From assembly GCA_002796125.1 (NCBI GenBank), contig PCWA01000075.1, positions 10,317-74,316 on the forward strand: 64,000 nt of DNA, written 5' to 3'. The notes under the pieces were generated by a model. That model was not told the DNA's origin and did not search any database. It saw nothing but the letters and a program-made list of their open reading frames with translations. Of this stretch, positions 1 through 8,992 are shown piece after piece. This DNA is from Candidatus Ghiorseimicrobium undicola (lineage in GTDB: Bacteria; Omnitrophota; Gorgyraeia; Ghiorseimicrobiales; Ghiorseimicrobiaceae). Numbering within the stretch: the stretch's first letter is position 1; every line of letters starts with the position of its first letter. The translations under genes were made by a program, and so were the position numbers.

Positions 1-358
1 TTCCCAAAGCGAAACTGCCATGTTTGGTAACAAAACTAACGGCCGGCGTAGGCACGGCTTTTTGAGATAATGATACTGCTATATTATTTGCTGCCATAAC
101 TTCACATACAGTTTCCGCGAATTTATCGGATAAAAACCGTGTATCATAGCCTACGGCTACCTGTTTTGGCTTATCGGCTAAGTCTTGATTAATATAATCA
201 CACACTGCCTGCGTAAGCACCCTTACATTATGGAATGTAAAATTATCGGCGATTACGGCACGCCAGCCATCAGTACCGAATTTAATGGTTCGGCTCTGCT
301 CACCATTAATCCTGAGCGAAGTCGAAGAATTAATTTGTCCCCTTGCTTCTTGTTGCAT
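1..358 (-). CDS. phosphoglucomutase/phosphomannomutase family protein, N-terminal part (gene runs off the window start)
   Basis: Reverse-strand translation from the ATG at about 356-358 (GGAGG upstream) gives MQQEARGQ...IKFGTDGWRAVIADNFTF..., the GTDGWRG-type motif of PGM/PMM domain I. It is absent from the ORF track because it is truncated by the window edge. It replaces the spurious plus ORF 185..397. Confidence 0.6.
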   Translation of the reverse strand, partial: MQQEARGQINSSTSLRINGEQSRTIKFGTDGWRAVIADNFTFHNVRVLTQAVCDYINQDLADKPKQVAVGYDTRFLSDKFAETVCEVMAANNIAVSLSQKAVPTPAVSFVTKHGSFALG

Positions 359-385
359 TATCACTTCCTCCATAATCTGATGATT

Positions 386-952
386 TTATCTATATAAACG
401 ATACTTTCTTATATAAGCTACAACCTTATCTGGAGTTAGATAGCGTATAGACATATCTTTTTTAACCAGATACCTGATTAATGACGAAGAAATATCCACC
501 TGTGCCACATTAATTTTTAAAAAATCCCTTCCCGCCAGTCTTTTACCGAAACCCGGGCGCTTTGCCAAGACAAACCTTGCTAATTTATGAATTTCTTCAA
601 CGTTTTTCCATGTCGGTATCTCATTTACCAGGTCAGAACCGCAAATGAAAAATAACTCTGAACGTAAATATTCTTTTTTAATTTCCCGCAAGGTATCTAC
701 GGTGTATGACTTGCCTTTACGTTTTATTTCGATATCGGAAACGAAAAAATAACGGTTATCTCCTACCGCCAGCCTAATCATGCCCAAACGGTGCTCTGGC
801 GCAATAATGCTTTTACCAGCTTTATGCGGCGGTATAAACGCAGGTACAAAAATTACCTTATCCAGCCCGAGCTGGCCCAAAACCTGCTCTCCTAAGATCA
901 AATGGCCGTAATGGATAGGATTAAATGTCCCGCCGAGTATCCCAATTTTCAT
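386..952 (-). CDS. nadD: nicotinate-nucleotide adenylyltransferase
   Basis: MKIGILGGTFNPIHYGHL... is the HxGH nucleotidyltransferase signature of NadD. The start is placed at the internal ATG (about 950-952) rather than the longer track ORF. Confidence 0.85.
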   Translation of the reverse strand: MKIGILGGTFNPIHYGHLILGEQVLGQLGLDKVIFVPAFIPPHKAGKSIIAPEHRLGMIRLAVGDNRYFFVSDIEIKRKGKSYTVDTLREIKKEYLRSELFFICGSDLVNEIPTWKNVEEIHKLARFVLAKRPGFGKRLAGRDFLKINVAQVDISSSLIRYLVKKDMSIRYLTPDKVVAYIRKYRLYR

Positions 953-964
953 AACATCGTTATT

Positions 965-1070
965 GGCAGTACGGTTACGTAGCTGGAAAAGATTAACGTC
1001 AATCGTAAAACGTAAAAACGATAAGCGCAAAACGAATAGCGTTTCGAGTTACGCAACCCTTCAACGATAG
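965..1070. repeat. Long imperfect palindrome, repeat family B (ggttacgtagctgg...cgagttacgcaacc). A second copy lies at 37310-37415 and a partial one at about 54790-54850.
   Basis: Direct sequence comparison; arms are reverse complements. Confidence 0.7.
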
Positions 1071-1088
1071 ACACATTATTTATACCTG

Positions 1089-2351
1089 TTATTGCCTAAT
1101 CTGCCCATTTCCGTAAACCTGATATTTATAACTGCAAAGCTCCTCTAATCCCATCGGGCCTCGCGCGTGAATCTTATCGGTAGAAATACCAATTTCCGCC
1201 CCTAACCCAAATTCATGGCCATCGCTAAAACGCGTAGAGGCATTATGAAATACGCTTGCCGAATCCACTTTGCCAAGAAATTTTTTTGCCATATCGGCAT
1301 CATCGGTAACGATGCTGTCTGAATGATGCGAACCATAATAGTTTATATGCTCTATGGCTTCATCGATGTCTTTAACAACTTTAACTGCCAGGATAAGGCC
1401 TAAAAATTCTTTAGACCAATCGCTGATATTGGCTTTTTTTACCGAACCTTTTAAAATCTTATACGTTTGGGGGCATCCTCTTATTTCCACTCCAGCCTTT
1501 TTAAATCTCTTTGCCATGCCTGGTAAAAAACGCCCGGCAACATCCTGATGGACCAGAAGTGTCTCAGCGGCGTTGCAAACAGAAGGCCGTTGCACCTTCG
1601 CATTGAAACAAATATCCTCTGCCATATTTAAATCTGCATTACTATCTACATAAACGGCACAAATGCCTTTATAATGTTTTATCACCGGAATACGCGAGAG
1701 CTGCGATACTTTTCTGATTAAAGCTTCTCCGCCTCGCGGAATGACCAAATCAATATACTTATCACTCTTAAGTAAAAAATTGACTACTGCCCTGTCGGTA
1801 TCGCCAATTAAATTAAAAGCTCCTTCTTTAACTCCGCCTAGTTTTGCCGCCTCCTTCAATACCGTAAATATAGCGAGATTTGAATTTATGGCTTCGCTGC
1901 CTCCTCTTAGTATAGATACATTGCCAGACTTTAATGCCAGGCCGATACAATCGCTTGTGACATTCGGACGAGACTCATATATAATCAGAATTACGCCTAT
2001 GGGAACACGGACCTTATCAATTTTTAAGCCGTTGGGGCGCAGGTTTTCAGAAATTAAGCTGCCAACCGGGTCTTTTAGTAAAATTAATTCCTCCAGAGAC
2101 TTACTCATCTGGCCTATCCGTTTTTCATCGATGAGTAATCTGTCGATAAGGCTTTTGGATAAAGATTTTTTCTTAGCAATATTAATATCCAGCCTATTTT
2201 TCTTGATTATATAATTTTTATTTTCAATAAGCGCTTTCGCCATAAAAGATAAGGCGCGGTCTTTAATTTCACCGGGCAAAAATGAAACTTCAAAGCTTGA
2301 CTCTTTTGCTTTTTTTAACAGCGAGAGTATATTTTTTTTCTTATTTTCCAT
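1089..2351 (-). CDS. proA: gamma-glutamyl phosphate reductase (glutamate-5-semialdehyde dehydrogenase)
   Basis: 420 aa with ProA-typical C-terminus ...GHEFGLGAEIGISTDKIHARGPMGLEELCSYKY. It sits in a conserved neighbourhood with proB. Confidence 0.9.
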   Translation of the reverse strand: MENKKKNILSLLKKAKESSFEVSFLPGEIKDRALSFMAKALIENKNYIIKKNRLDINIAKKKSLSKSLIDRLLIDEKRIGQMSKSLEELILLKDPVGSLISENLRPNGLKIDKVRVPIGVILIIYESRPNVTSDCIGLALKSGNVSILRGGSEAINSNLAIFTVLKEAAKLGGVKEGAFNLIGDTDRAVVNFLLKSDKYIDLVIPRGGEALIRKVSQLSRIPVIKHYKGICAVYVDSNADLNMAEDICFNAKVQRPSVCNAAETLLVHQDVAGRFLPGMAKRFKKAGVEIRGCPQTYKILKGSVKKANISDWSKEFLGLILAVKVVKDIDEAIEHINYYGSHHSDSIVTDDADMAKKFLGKVDSASVFHNASTRFSDGHEFGLGAEIGISTDKIHARGPMGLEELCSYKYQVYGNGQIRQ

Positions 2352-2365
2352 ATCTATTCGAATTA

Positions 2366-3430
2366 TTATATAATTACCAAATCATTGCGGTGTATTATCT
2401 CGCAGGAATGCCGCCTGCCCTTTATTAATTCAAGTTCATGCCAAGAACATGCTGTCCTGCCTCTGGCGATTTCCTTGTTATGCCTATTTAACACGGAGAC
2501 GATATCCCCTTTTTCGAATTTTCCTTCGCTTTTAAGCACTCCGACAGAAAGAAGGCTCTTAAATTTCTTAAGCAGAGCTTGCTCTGCCCCTTCATCTATA
2601 AAGATACCGCCTTTGGGCTTAACACCATAAGCTATCCAGCTTTTTTTACCGGCAAACCTAGACAAAGACGGAAGAAATGTCGTCCCTGCGGTTTCCTTAT
2701 GCAGTACTATGCGGGGCAATATATCCGCAATTTTACCATTGGCGATTATACAGGGAATACCTGAATTCACGGCTTTTTCTGCCGCTTCAATTTTAGTTAT
2801 CATCCCTCCTCTGCATATATTCTTTTTAGTAGGGCAAGCCAACTTTTTAATATCCGGGGTTATTTTTGGAACTAAAGGAACCAACGCTTTTACCTCATCA
2901 AATAAACCGTCAACATCGGAGAGATTCACCAATAGGTCTGCTTTAAGCATTATTGCCACAAGGCTGGCAAGATTATCATTATCGCCAAATTTTATTTCTT
3001 CGGTAGATACGGTATCATTTTCATTAATAACAGGCACTGTTTTTAAACGCATAAGCGAAAGAATCGTATTTTTCGCGTTGAGATATCTTCGCCTGTCGTC
3101 AAAATCATCCCAGGTAAGCAAAAGCTGCGCGCAATGTTTTCCTTTATCGCCGAATGCCTCAATATAACTTTGCATTAAAAGTCCCTGCCCGACCGAAGCG
3201 CATGCCTGAAGATCGTCTATTTTATTTGGCCGTGATTTAAATTTTAAAACAGGCATGCCGGAACTGACAGCTCCCGAAGATACCAATACCGCATTTATGC
3301 CCCTGTCAATCAAAGCGCAAACCTGTCCTACCAGGATACCTAAAAAATGAGTATCAAGCTTATTATCTTTACTTAATATGCTTGAGCCTATTTTAACTAC
3401 AATTTTTTTGTAAATTACGCCTGATTGCAT
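2366..3430 (-). CDS. proB: glutamate 5-kinase with C-terminal PUA domain
   Basis: KKIVVKIGSSIL N-terminal amino-acid-kinase motif and a C-terminal PUA-like region. Adjacent to proA and overlaps obg by 38 nt. Confidence 0.9.
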   Translation of the reverse strand: MQSGVIYKKIVVKIGSSILSKDNKLDTHFLGILVGQVCALIDRGINAVLVSSGAVSSGMPVLKFKSRPNKIDDLQACASVGQGLLMQSYIEAFGDKGKHCAQLLLTWDDFDDRRRYLNAKNTILSLMRLKTVPVINENDTVSTEEIKFGDNDNLASLVAIMLKADLLVNLSDVDGLFDEVKALVPLVPKITPDIKKLACPTKKNICRGGMITKIEAAEKAVNSGIPCIIANGKIADILPRIVLHKETAGTTFLPSLSRFAGKKSWIAYGVKPKGGIFIDEGAEQALLKKFKSLLSVGVLKSEGKFEKGDIVSVLNRHNKEIARGRTACSWHELELIKGRRHSCEIIHRNDLVII

Positions 3431-4376
3431 CTAAAAGCCTATCCAGATTATGCCGTTTTTGGGCGGATATGGAAATAACATCAACATCCAGTTGTTCTTT
3501 AAACTTTATTAAATTTTGCTCTGAGCCATTCAAATCCATTTTATTCGCTACTATTATCTGCGGTTTTCCTATAATCTTGTTTTTATACAATTTTAGCTCT
3601 TGATTGAGGGTTTGGTAAGCATTCACGGGCTCATCACTCGAAGCGGCCGACATGTCTATGAGGTGGATTAAAATTTTAGTCCGTTCAACATGCCTTAAAA
3701 ACTCAAAACCCAGGCCTTTACCGGCATGGGCATCCCGGATAATACCCGGAATTTCGGCAACTACAAAAGAAAAATCTCCGCATTTTACTATACCCAGGAC
3801 CGGGCTTTTTGTAGTAAAAGGATAGGGTGCGATTTTTGGCCTTGCTTTTGAAATAACCGACAATAAGCTAGATTTACCTGCGTTGGGCAAGCCGATTATG
3901 CCCACATCGGCAATAAATTTCAGCTCTAAAAGAAGCCTTCGTCTTTCTCCGGATTTTCCTTCCGTAGCATTTTCTGCGCGCTTATTTCCCCTGCCCCCCA
4001 AACCGCCCTTTGCCACGATAACGGTATCTGAAGCATGCTTGAGGTCTTTTAAAATACAATCGAATTTTAAATCTTTTACCACAGTGCCGCAAGGCACTTC
4101 TATCAAGCAATCACTTCCATTCCTGCCCCTTCTGCCGTTACCCTGTCCATGCGAACCTTTTTCTCCGGAAAAATTTTTTTTGTAATAAAAATCTAAAAGG
4201 GTATGCATGCGGGAAGACGCTTTTAAAATAACATCTCCTCCGTTGCCTCCATCTCCGCCGTCAGGCCTCCCTCTGCCTTTTCTACCGGGACGCACAAATT
4301 TATCACGATAAAAGCTATTAACACCATTACCGCCTCTGCCGGCTTCAACTTCTATTTCTATCTTATCAATGAACAT
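3393..4376 (-). CDS. obg: GTPase Obg/CgtA
   Basis: MFIDKIEIEVEAGRGGNGVNSFYRDKFVRPGRKGRGRPDGGDGGNGGDVIL Obg fold, with G1 GLPNAGKSSLL and G3 motifs. The start is moved to the MFIDK ATG (about 4374-4376). The longer track ORF runs into a heptamer tandem repeat. Confidence 0.9.
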   Translation of the reverse strand: MFIDKIEIEVEAGRGGNGVNSFYRDKFVRPGRKGRGRPDGGDGGNGGDVILKASSRMHTLLDFYYKKNFSGEKGSHGQGNGRRGRNGSDCLIEVPCGTVVKDLKFDCILKDLKHASDTVIVAKGGLGGRGNKRAENATEGKSGERRRLLLELKFIADVGIIGLPNAGKSSLLSVISKARPKIAPYPFTTKSPVLGIVKCGDFSFVVAEIPGIIRDAHAGKGLGFEFLRHVERTKILIHLIDMSAASSDEPVNAYQTLNQELKLYKNKIIGKPQIIVANKMDLNGSEQNLIKFKEQLDVDVISISAQKRHNLDRLLDAIRRNLQKNCS

Positions 4377-4380
4377 TTTA

Positions 4381-4441
4381 TTAGCGGATAGCGGATAGCG
4401 GATAGCGGATAGCAAAAACTAAACGCTATGCGCTATACGCT
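4381..4441. repeat. Tandem heptamer array (AGCGGAT x about 4.5) followed by inverted CGCTAT units
   Basis: Seen directly: ttagcggatagcggatagcggatagcggatagc...cgctatgcgctatacgcta. It occupies the slot between obg and rplU where rpmA (L27) normally sits. Confidence 0.8.
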
Positions 4442-4745
4442 AAATTTTTATCTCTTCTATCTTTAAGCGGGTTAGATTCTGTCTGTGGCCTACTTTACGA
4501 TGATAGCCTTTTCTTCTTTTGAACTTAAAAGCTATAACTTTCTTAGACTTGACATCGCCAGTGATGGAAGCGCTCACTTTAGCCCCTTTTATGTATGGCC
4601 TGCCTATAGTTATATTTTCACCCGAAACCAGAAGTACTTTGTCAAACGTGATTTTACGCTTAGCACCCTTCAGCTTCTCAGTTTCTACAACATCTCCGGG
4701 AGCTACTTTGTATTGTTTATTTTCTACCTCTATAATTGCATACAT
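4440..4745 (-). CDS. rplU: 50S ribosomal protein L21
   Basis: MYAIIEVENKQYKVAPGDVV... is a classic L21 N-terminus. The ATG at about 4743-4745 is preceded by AGGAGG. The track ORF starts at an upstream TTG. Confidence 0.9.
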   Translation of the reverse strand: MYAIIEVENKQYKVAPGDVVETEKLKGAKRKITFDKVLLVSGENITIGRPYIKGAKVSASITGDVKSKKVIAFKFKRRKGYHRKVGHRQNLTRLKIEEIKI

Positions 4746-4777
4746 GTTATACAATTCCTCCTTTCAGAAAGTGATAA

Positions 4778-4806
4778 ATAATAACACAATAACGCTATCG
4801 CGTCAA
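4778..4806 (-). promoter_or_regulatory. Putative sigma70-type promoter for the rplU-obg-proBA-nadD operon
   Basis: On the minus strand: TTGACG, 17-nt spacer, TATTAT, about 30 nt upstream of the AGGAGG RBS of rplU. Coordinates approximate (+/-2). Confidence 0.35.
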
Positions 4807-4827
4807 CCCCGTTAGAGATTACGATAA

Positions 4828-5049
4828 TGTCAAATAAATTGTGTAAATTGTTTATCCATGGCTGCCTTGTCCCGATTTTTCGCAGGGACGCATAATTTTC
4901 CCCTGCGTGGAAAATTATGCTCCGCTACTCGGCCTCGCTCTGGCCGACAGGTAATCAAAGGCCAGCCGTGCCCGCTCGGCCTGCGTTAGGCCCTGCTCAA
5001 AATCAGTCCAAGCCAGCAGGTAAATTTACATAATTTATTCTACTCAACC
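4828..5049 (-). mobile_element. MITE-like repeat family A, copy 1 (reverse orientation)
   Basis: About 220 bp, matches 23567-23800 and 41176-41322. Imperfect terminal inverted repeats are ...ataaatt(a/g)tgtaaatt. Internal hairpins. Confidence 0.7.
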
Positions 5050-5054
5050 AGAGA

Positions 5055-6521
5055 TTATGGTGTTATTCTCAGCTCTTCACCGGCCATTTCCCTCGATGCG
5101 ATAACGTTGATCTTCTTTTTAAAATCTTTTTCCAACTTTAAAAGGTGGCGCCTGTCATCGCCCTGCAATCTTTCGGCAATCTGCGGGGGTAAATATATGT
5201 CTACTTCTCTTATTTGCCGCCCTCCAGCCTTAAGCTTCTTCTTTAATTCCTTTAAAGCCAGAATAGAAAGAGTAGCTGCCGATTTAACCTTACCCTTGCC
5301 GGCGCAATGAGGGCATGTCACATAGGATACGCTTTCGACCGCCTGATGCGTACGCTCGCGAGTCATTTCCACAAGGCATAACTTAGACATGCCCAGGATG
5401 TCAGTTTTCGCGTGGTCAAAAGATAAAGCATATTTTAGCTTACTCATTACAGCCCGCCGATGAGCATCCCTGGACATATCAATAAAATCTATCACTATGA
5501 TTCCGCCTAAATCCCTTAAGCGTAACTGCCGGGCTATTTCTACTGCCGCCTCTATATTTACGGTAAAGGCCATATCTTCCTGCCCTGTTTTTTTCTTAAA
5601 CCTGCCGCTATTGACATCTACTACCACCAACCCTTCAGTCGGCTCGATAATAATATAGCCTCCGCATTTCAGGAAAATCTTCGCTTCGTATATCTTATCT
5701 ATCTGCTCTTCAACATGTTTATGCTCAAAAAGAGGCATGGGCTGGCGATACCACTCCACTCTTTTTTTAAGATGTGATAAAAACGTGGAGATAAACCTGT
5801 AGACTCTTTTAAATTCATATTTTGAGTCGATAATCAGCTTGTTTACGTCTTCTCCGAACGAATCGCGTACCACGCGCAGCACCACATCATACTCTTCATA
5901 TACTAAAGAAGGCGCTTTCTTGCGGGAGGTGTTCTTTAAAATGCTGCGCCAGAGCTTTAACAAAAAATGCGCGTCTCTTTGCAATTCACGCTGGCTCTTG
6001 CCCTGACTTGCGGTACGCACTATAAAACCAATATCCTTAGGGAGCTTAAGCTCATTAAGTAAAGCGCGCATCCTGACTCTTTCTTTATCGTCTTCGATTC
6101 TACGCGATATGCCGTGGTGAGCATCTTGGGGCATAACAACTAAATATCTGCCGGGGATAGAAATATGAGAAGTAAGCCGCGGCCCTTTGGTGCCAAACTG
6201 TTCTTTCACAACCTGGACCAGTATTTCCTGCCCTTCTTTAAATTCTCTGGCAACTCCTCCGTTCTTATGGCCGTTCGTATCAAATTCTACTTCTAAATCA
6301 AAGGCTTCCGATAAATAAAGGAATCCTTTTTTGACAAGCCCGATATCCACAAAAGCGGCACCGATAGATTTTACTATCGAGTCAATCCTGCCTTTATAGA
6401 TATTGCCGACGAGCGGTTTCTTATCAGGCCTTTCAATATAAAAATCACAAATACGGCCGTCTTCAACCACCACTACCCTTTTTTCTTGAGGTTCTATATT
6501 TACAAGTATTTCTTTAGACAT
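5055..6521 (-). CDS. rng: ribonuclease G (RNase E/G family)
   Basis: 488 aa. N-terminal S1 domain (DIGLVKKGFLY...) followed by the RNase E/G catalytic core. The size fits Rng rather than Rne. Confidence 0.85.
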   Translation of the reverse strand: MSKEILVNIEPQEKRVVVVEDGRICDFYIERPDKKPLVGNIYKGRIDSIVKSIGAAFVDIGLVKKGFLYLSEAFDLEVEFDTNGHKNGGVAREFKEGQEILVQVVKEQFGTKGPRLTSHISIPGRYLVVMPQDAHHGISRRIEDDKERVRMRALLNELKLPKDIGFIVRTASQGKSQRELQRDAHFLLKLWRSILKNTSRKKAPSLVYEEYDVVLRVVRDSFGEDVNKLIIDSKYEFKRVYRFISTFLSHLKKRVEWYRQPMPLFEHKHVEEQIDKIYEAKIFLKCGGYIIIEPTEGLVVVDVNSGRFKKKTGQEDMAFTVNIEAAVEIARQLRLRDLGGIIVIDFIDMSRDAHRRAVMSKLKYALSFDHAKTDILGMSKLCLVEMTRERTHQAVESVSYVTCPHCAGKGKVKSAATLSILALKELKKKLKAGGRQIREVDIYLPPQIAERLQGDDRRHLLKLEKDFKKKINVIASREMAGEELRITP

Positions 6522-6589
6522 AGTTTAGTTATTTGAGTTGTTTTGAGTTCTTTGAGTTGCTTGAGTCCTTTGAGTTTAAACTCAATAAA
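6522..6589. repeat. Array of about 6 direct TTTGAGTT (AACTCAAA on the coding strand) units at 9-10 bp periodicity, ending in an inverted unit
   Basis: Seen directly: tagtttagtt atttgagttg ttttgagttc tttgagttgc ttgagtcc tttgagtt taaactcaa. It fills the 60-bp space between the DUF2344 stop and the rng start codon. Confidence 0.8.
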
Positions 6590-6944
6590 CCCGGATTCCT
6601 TCCGGCAGCTGTTCATTCATTTTCCTGCAAAAATCATCTCCCGGAATTTTTCGAGTTAATAAAATTACTGCTTCTTCTTTTTCCGATTCTATACCGAGTT
6701 TTAACGCCCGTTTTATGCTTAATTTCAAATGCGGGTTAAACCCTTTAGATACAAAAACGGGCAACTCTGCTCTGCGAGCCGCCCGGGCAAATAGACGCAT
6801 GAGATCAAGATGCGAGATAAACCGCATTCTTTTATTTTTGCTAAAATAAAAATTCAATTCGTACTTTACTACCGCGCCAGCCTCGCTAGCCTTGCTTAGC
6901 GGGTAAGAGAGCCTGCTTTTATTTCTCATTCTGAATGTTTCCAA
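6582..6944 (-). CDS. radical-SAM-associated protein, TIGR03936/DUF2344 family (apparently C-terminally short)
   Basis: ...RMRFISHLDLMRLFARAARRAELPVFVSKGFNPHLKLS... matches the conserved DUF2344 N-terminal block. It is only 120 aa, whereas the family is usually about 200 aa or more. Confidence 0.55.
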   Translation of the reverse strand: METFRMRNKSRLSYPLSKASEAGAVVKYELNFYFSKNKRMRFISHLDLMRLFARAARRAELPVFVSKGFNPHLKLSIKRALKLGIESEKEEAVILLTRKIPGDDFCRKMNEQLPEGIRVY

Positions 6945-6980
6945 ATATCAGACTATAGTATCAGCTAAACGCTAAACTTA

Positions 6981-8585
6981 TTATTTTAGCGGCCGTTCTA
7001 CCCTCTCGCTTAACTGGGTCAATTCTTCGCTGGATGTCTGTCCCGGCTCGACAATTTTCGCGGTAATAAAAACGAGCAAATCTATTTTCTCCGTATCTGT
7101 AGTTTTTCTCTGGAATAACCAACCCAGTAAGGGGATCTTCCCCAAGAATGGAACCCCTTGCCTGCCTTCCTTTTTAACGTCCTTAAGCAAGCCTCCGATC
7201 ACGATGGTTTCGCCGTTCTTCATTAATATCTGCGTATCGGCCTCACGGGTAATTATAATTGGATATTCCGCCAAAGTTGTCCCGTTAGAATCTTGCGCCT
7301 TTACCGTATCCGTAAAAGATGTAACCGCAGGATGTACTATCAAATTTATATAATCACCGCCGCTTATTTGAGGAACAACGTTTAATTGTATTCCTATGTC
7401 GCGATAGGTATCCAATGAATAATTATATATCACCCCGCCGGAGGTAGTAGTGGATTGCTCCGCCTTAAGAAAGGGGAATTTAGTACCTACTAATATAGCC
7501 GCTTCCTGATTGTTAAGGGTCAGTATACGCGGCGCCGAGAGAGTATTGGCGTGGATATTCTCTTCCAAGGCGTGAAGCACCACTTCAAATTGGGTGCCGG
7601 TTAATTTCTTGTAGAGGATTTCAAACCCTGTATTAAACGGCTCTGAGCTTGAAATCGTGCTCTGCTTAGGCCCGAATACGGAAGATGCCGTTTCTGAAGA
7701 CAATAACTGTCCGCCGAATTGAGAATTAGGCTCGCGCGTTCCGTCTGCACCCACGCGCTTACTGGCATCAACCAAACTAATAGTTGATGATTCTGCGCCT
7801 GAAGATCCTGTGCCCCAATCAAAACCTATATCGGTAAGCTCATCCCTGTTTACTTCCACAATTCTCGCTTCAATTAATATCTGTTCAGGGAGAATATCGA
7901 TATCGTTAACCACTTTTTCCATTTCATCCAAGACCGGTCGCACATCGGTAACAAGAAGAACCTTGGAGCGTGAAATCTGTCCTCCTCTTATCCTCTCGCG
8001 CTTAGACTGGTCGTCAACCGTGCCAAATTCCCAACCGGCCTGGCCGGTAGTTTCCAATACGGTAATCTTTCCTCTCTCGGATTTGATAGAATTTAAAGTA
8101 TTTGCTACATCTTTAGCATCTAAATATTTTAGCCTAAAAACCCTGGTTTCCGTGGTTTGTGTTTGCGAAAATTCCGCCTCAAGCTTCTGTTGTTCCGCCA
8201 GCTTTTCAAGAGGCCCGATAATAATAATACTGCCTTTTTTTACGTAACCAAACCCGTAGGTTTTAACTACCGCATCAAGGGCCTCATGCCAAGGCACGTT
8301 TTCAAGCCTTATCGTAACCAATCCCGTTACTTCCGGCCCCGGCACTATATTGACCCCGCTTTTTAAAGAGATAACCCGCAAGACGTTACGTATATCGGCA
8401 TCTTTAAAATCAAGCGTTATATTAGGACTCTCTTCTGCCGCGGCATTTTGCATTTCGGCAGGATTATTTTCAATGTTAGGATTCAAAGCGTTATCCGCAT
8501 AAACGCCTACGTTCCCAGATAAAAATAAAAAGCATAAAAACATAAAACAAAAAAACATTCCCCTGGTCCCTTTTATCTTCTTCAT
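6981..8585 (-). CDS. pilQ: type IV pilus secretin
   Basis: Signal peptide, secretin N domains, and the C-terminal secretin motif GGLLKDVKKEGRQGVPFLGKIPLLGWLFQRKTTDTEKIDLLVFITAKIV. Confidence 0.85.
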   Translation of the reverse strand: MKKIKGTRGMFFCFMFLCFLFLSGNVGVYADNALNPNIENNPAEMQNAAAEESPNITLDFKDADIRNVLRVISLKSGVNIVPGPEVTGLVTIRLENVPWHEALDAVVKTYGFGYVKKGSIIIIGPLEKLAEQQKLEAEFSQTQTTETRVFRLKYLDAKDVANTLNSIKSERGKITVLETTGQAGWEFGTVDDQSKRERIRGGQISRSKVLLVTDVRPVLDEMEKVVNDIDILPEQILIEARIVEVNRDELTDIGFDWGTGSSGAESSTISLVDASKRVGADGTREPNSQFGGQLLSSETASSVFGPKQSTISSSEPFNTGFEILYKKLTGTQFEVVLHALEENIHANTLSAPRILTLNNQEAAILVGTKFPFLKAEQSTTTSGGVIYNYSLDTYRDIGIQLNVVPQISGGDYINLIVHPAVTSFTDTVKAQDSNGTTLAEYPIIITREADTQILMKNGETIVIGGLLKDVKKEGRQGVPFLGKIPLLGWLFQRKTTDTEKIDLLVFITAKIVEPGQTSSEELTQLSERVERPLK

Positions 8586-8992
8586 CGGCCCTCCTCCCGG
8601 AGCAAGACTTCACGCCTTTCTCCATTTTGCAAAACCACGACTTTATCTTTTTCTATATCCAAAATTTCCATGCCCGCAACAATTTCTCCCTTTTTTACAA
8701 TTTCCCCATTTATAATGGCCAGCGATTCTCCGCTATAATCATAGATAATGCCCTCTAAATAAAAACCGGATTTATCCGCTTCATCTTCGAAGCTGCGTAT
8801 TAAACCCTCCGGAGTAACCAAGGGTATGAAAGGATCCCTCTTGCCCTGCGCCTTGTAAAGAAATACCGCCTCTTCATTATCCGTATCTGCGGCAAAAAGA
8901 CAAATATTAAACATTGGGAAAAAAGCGATAATAAGCATAGCATAGAAAAAATAGCCGGAAATTATACATTTAAAACCGCTGGATTTATTCAT
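8582..8992 (-). CDS. pilP: pilus assembly lipoprotein PilP-like
   Basis: Small protein with N-terminal TM/signal and the KRDPFIPL motif typical of PilP. Positioned between pilO and pilQ. Confidence 0.6.
   Translation of the reverse strand: MNKSSGFKCIISGYFFYAMLIIAFFPMFNICLFAADTDNEEAVFLYKAQGKRDPFIPLVTPEGLIRSFEDEADKSGFYLEGIIYDYSGESLAIINGEIVKKGEIVAGMEILDIEKDKVVVLQNGERREVLLREEGR

Noticed and set aside
185-397. 70-aa plus-strand ORF at the window start
   Set aside because: The opposite strand encodes a clearly recognisable PGM/PMM N-terminus (GTDGWRG-type motif) with a GGAGG RBS. The plus ORF has no features and spans the real gene start and intergenic spacer.
3393-4415. Longer Obg ORF with 13 extra N-terminal residues (MLSAIRYPLSANK)
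   Set aside because: The extension is the translation of the AGCGGAT tandem repeat. Obg proteins begin at the conserved MF(I/V)D motif, which has its own ATG.
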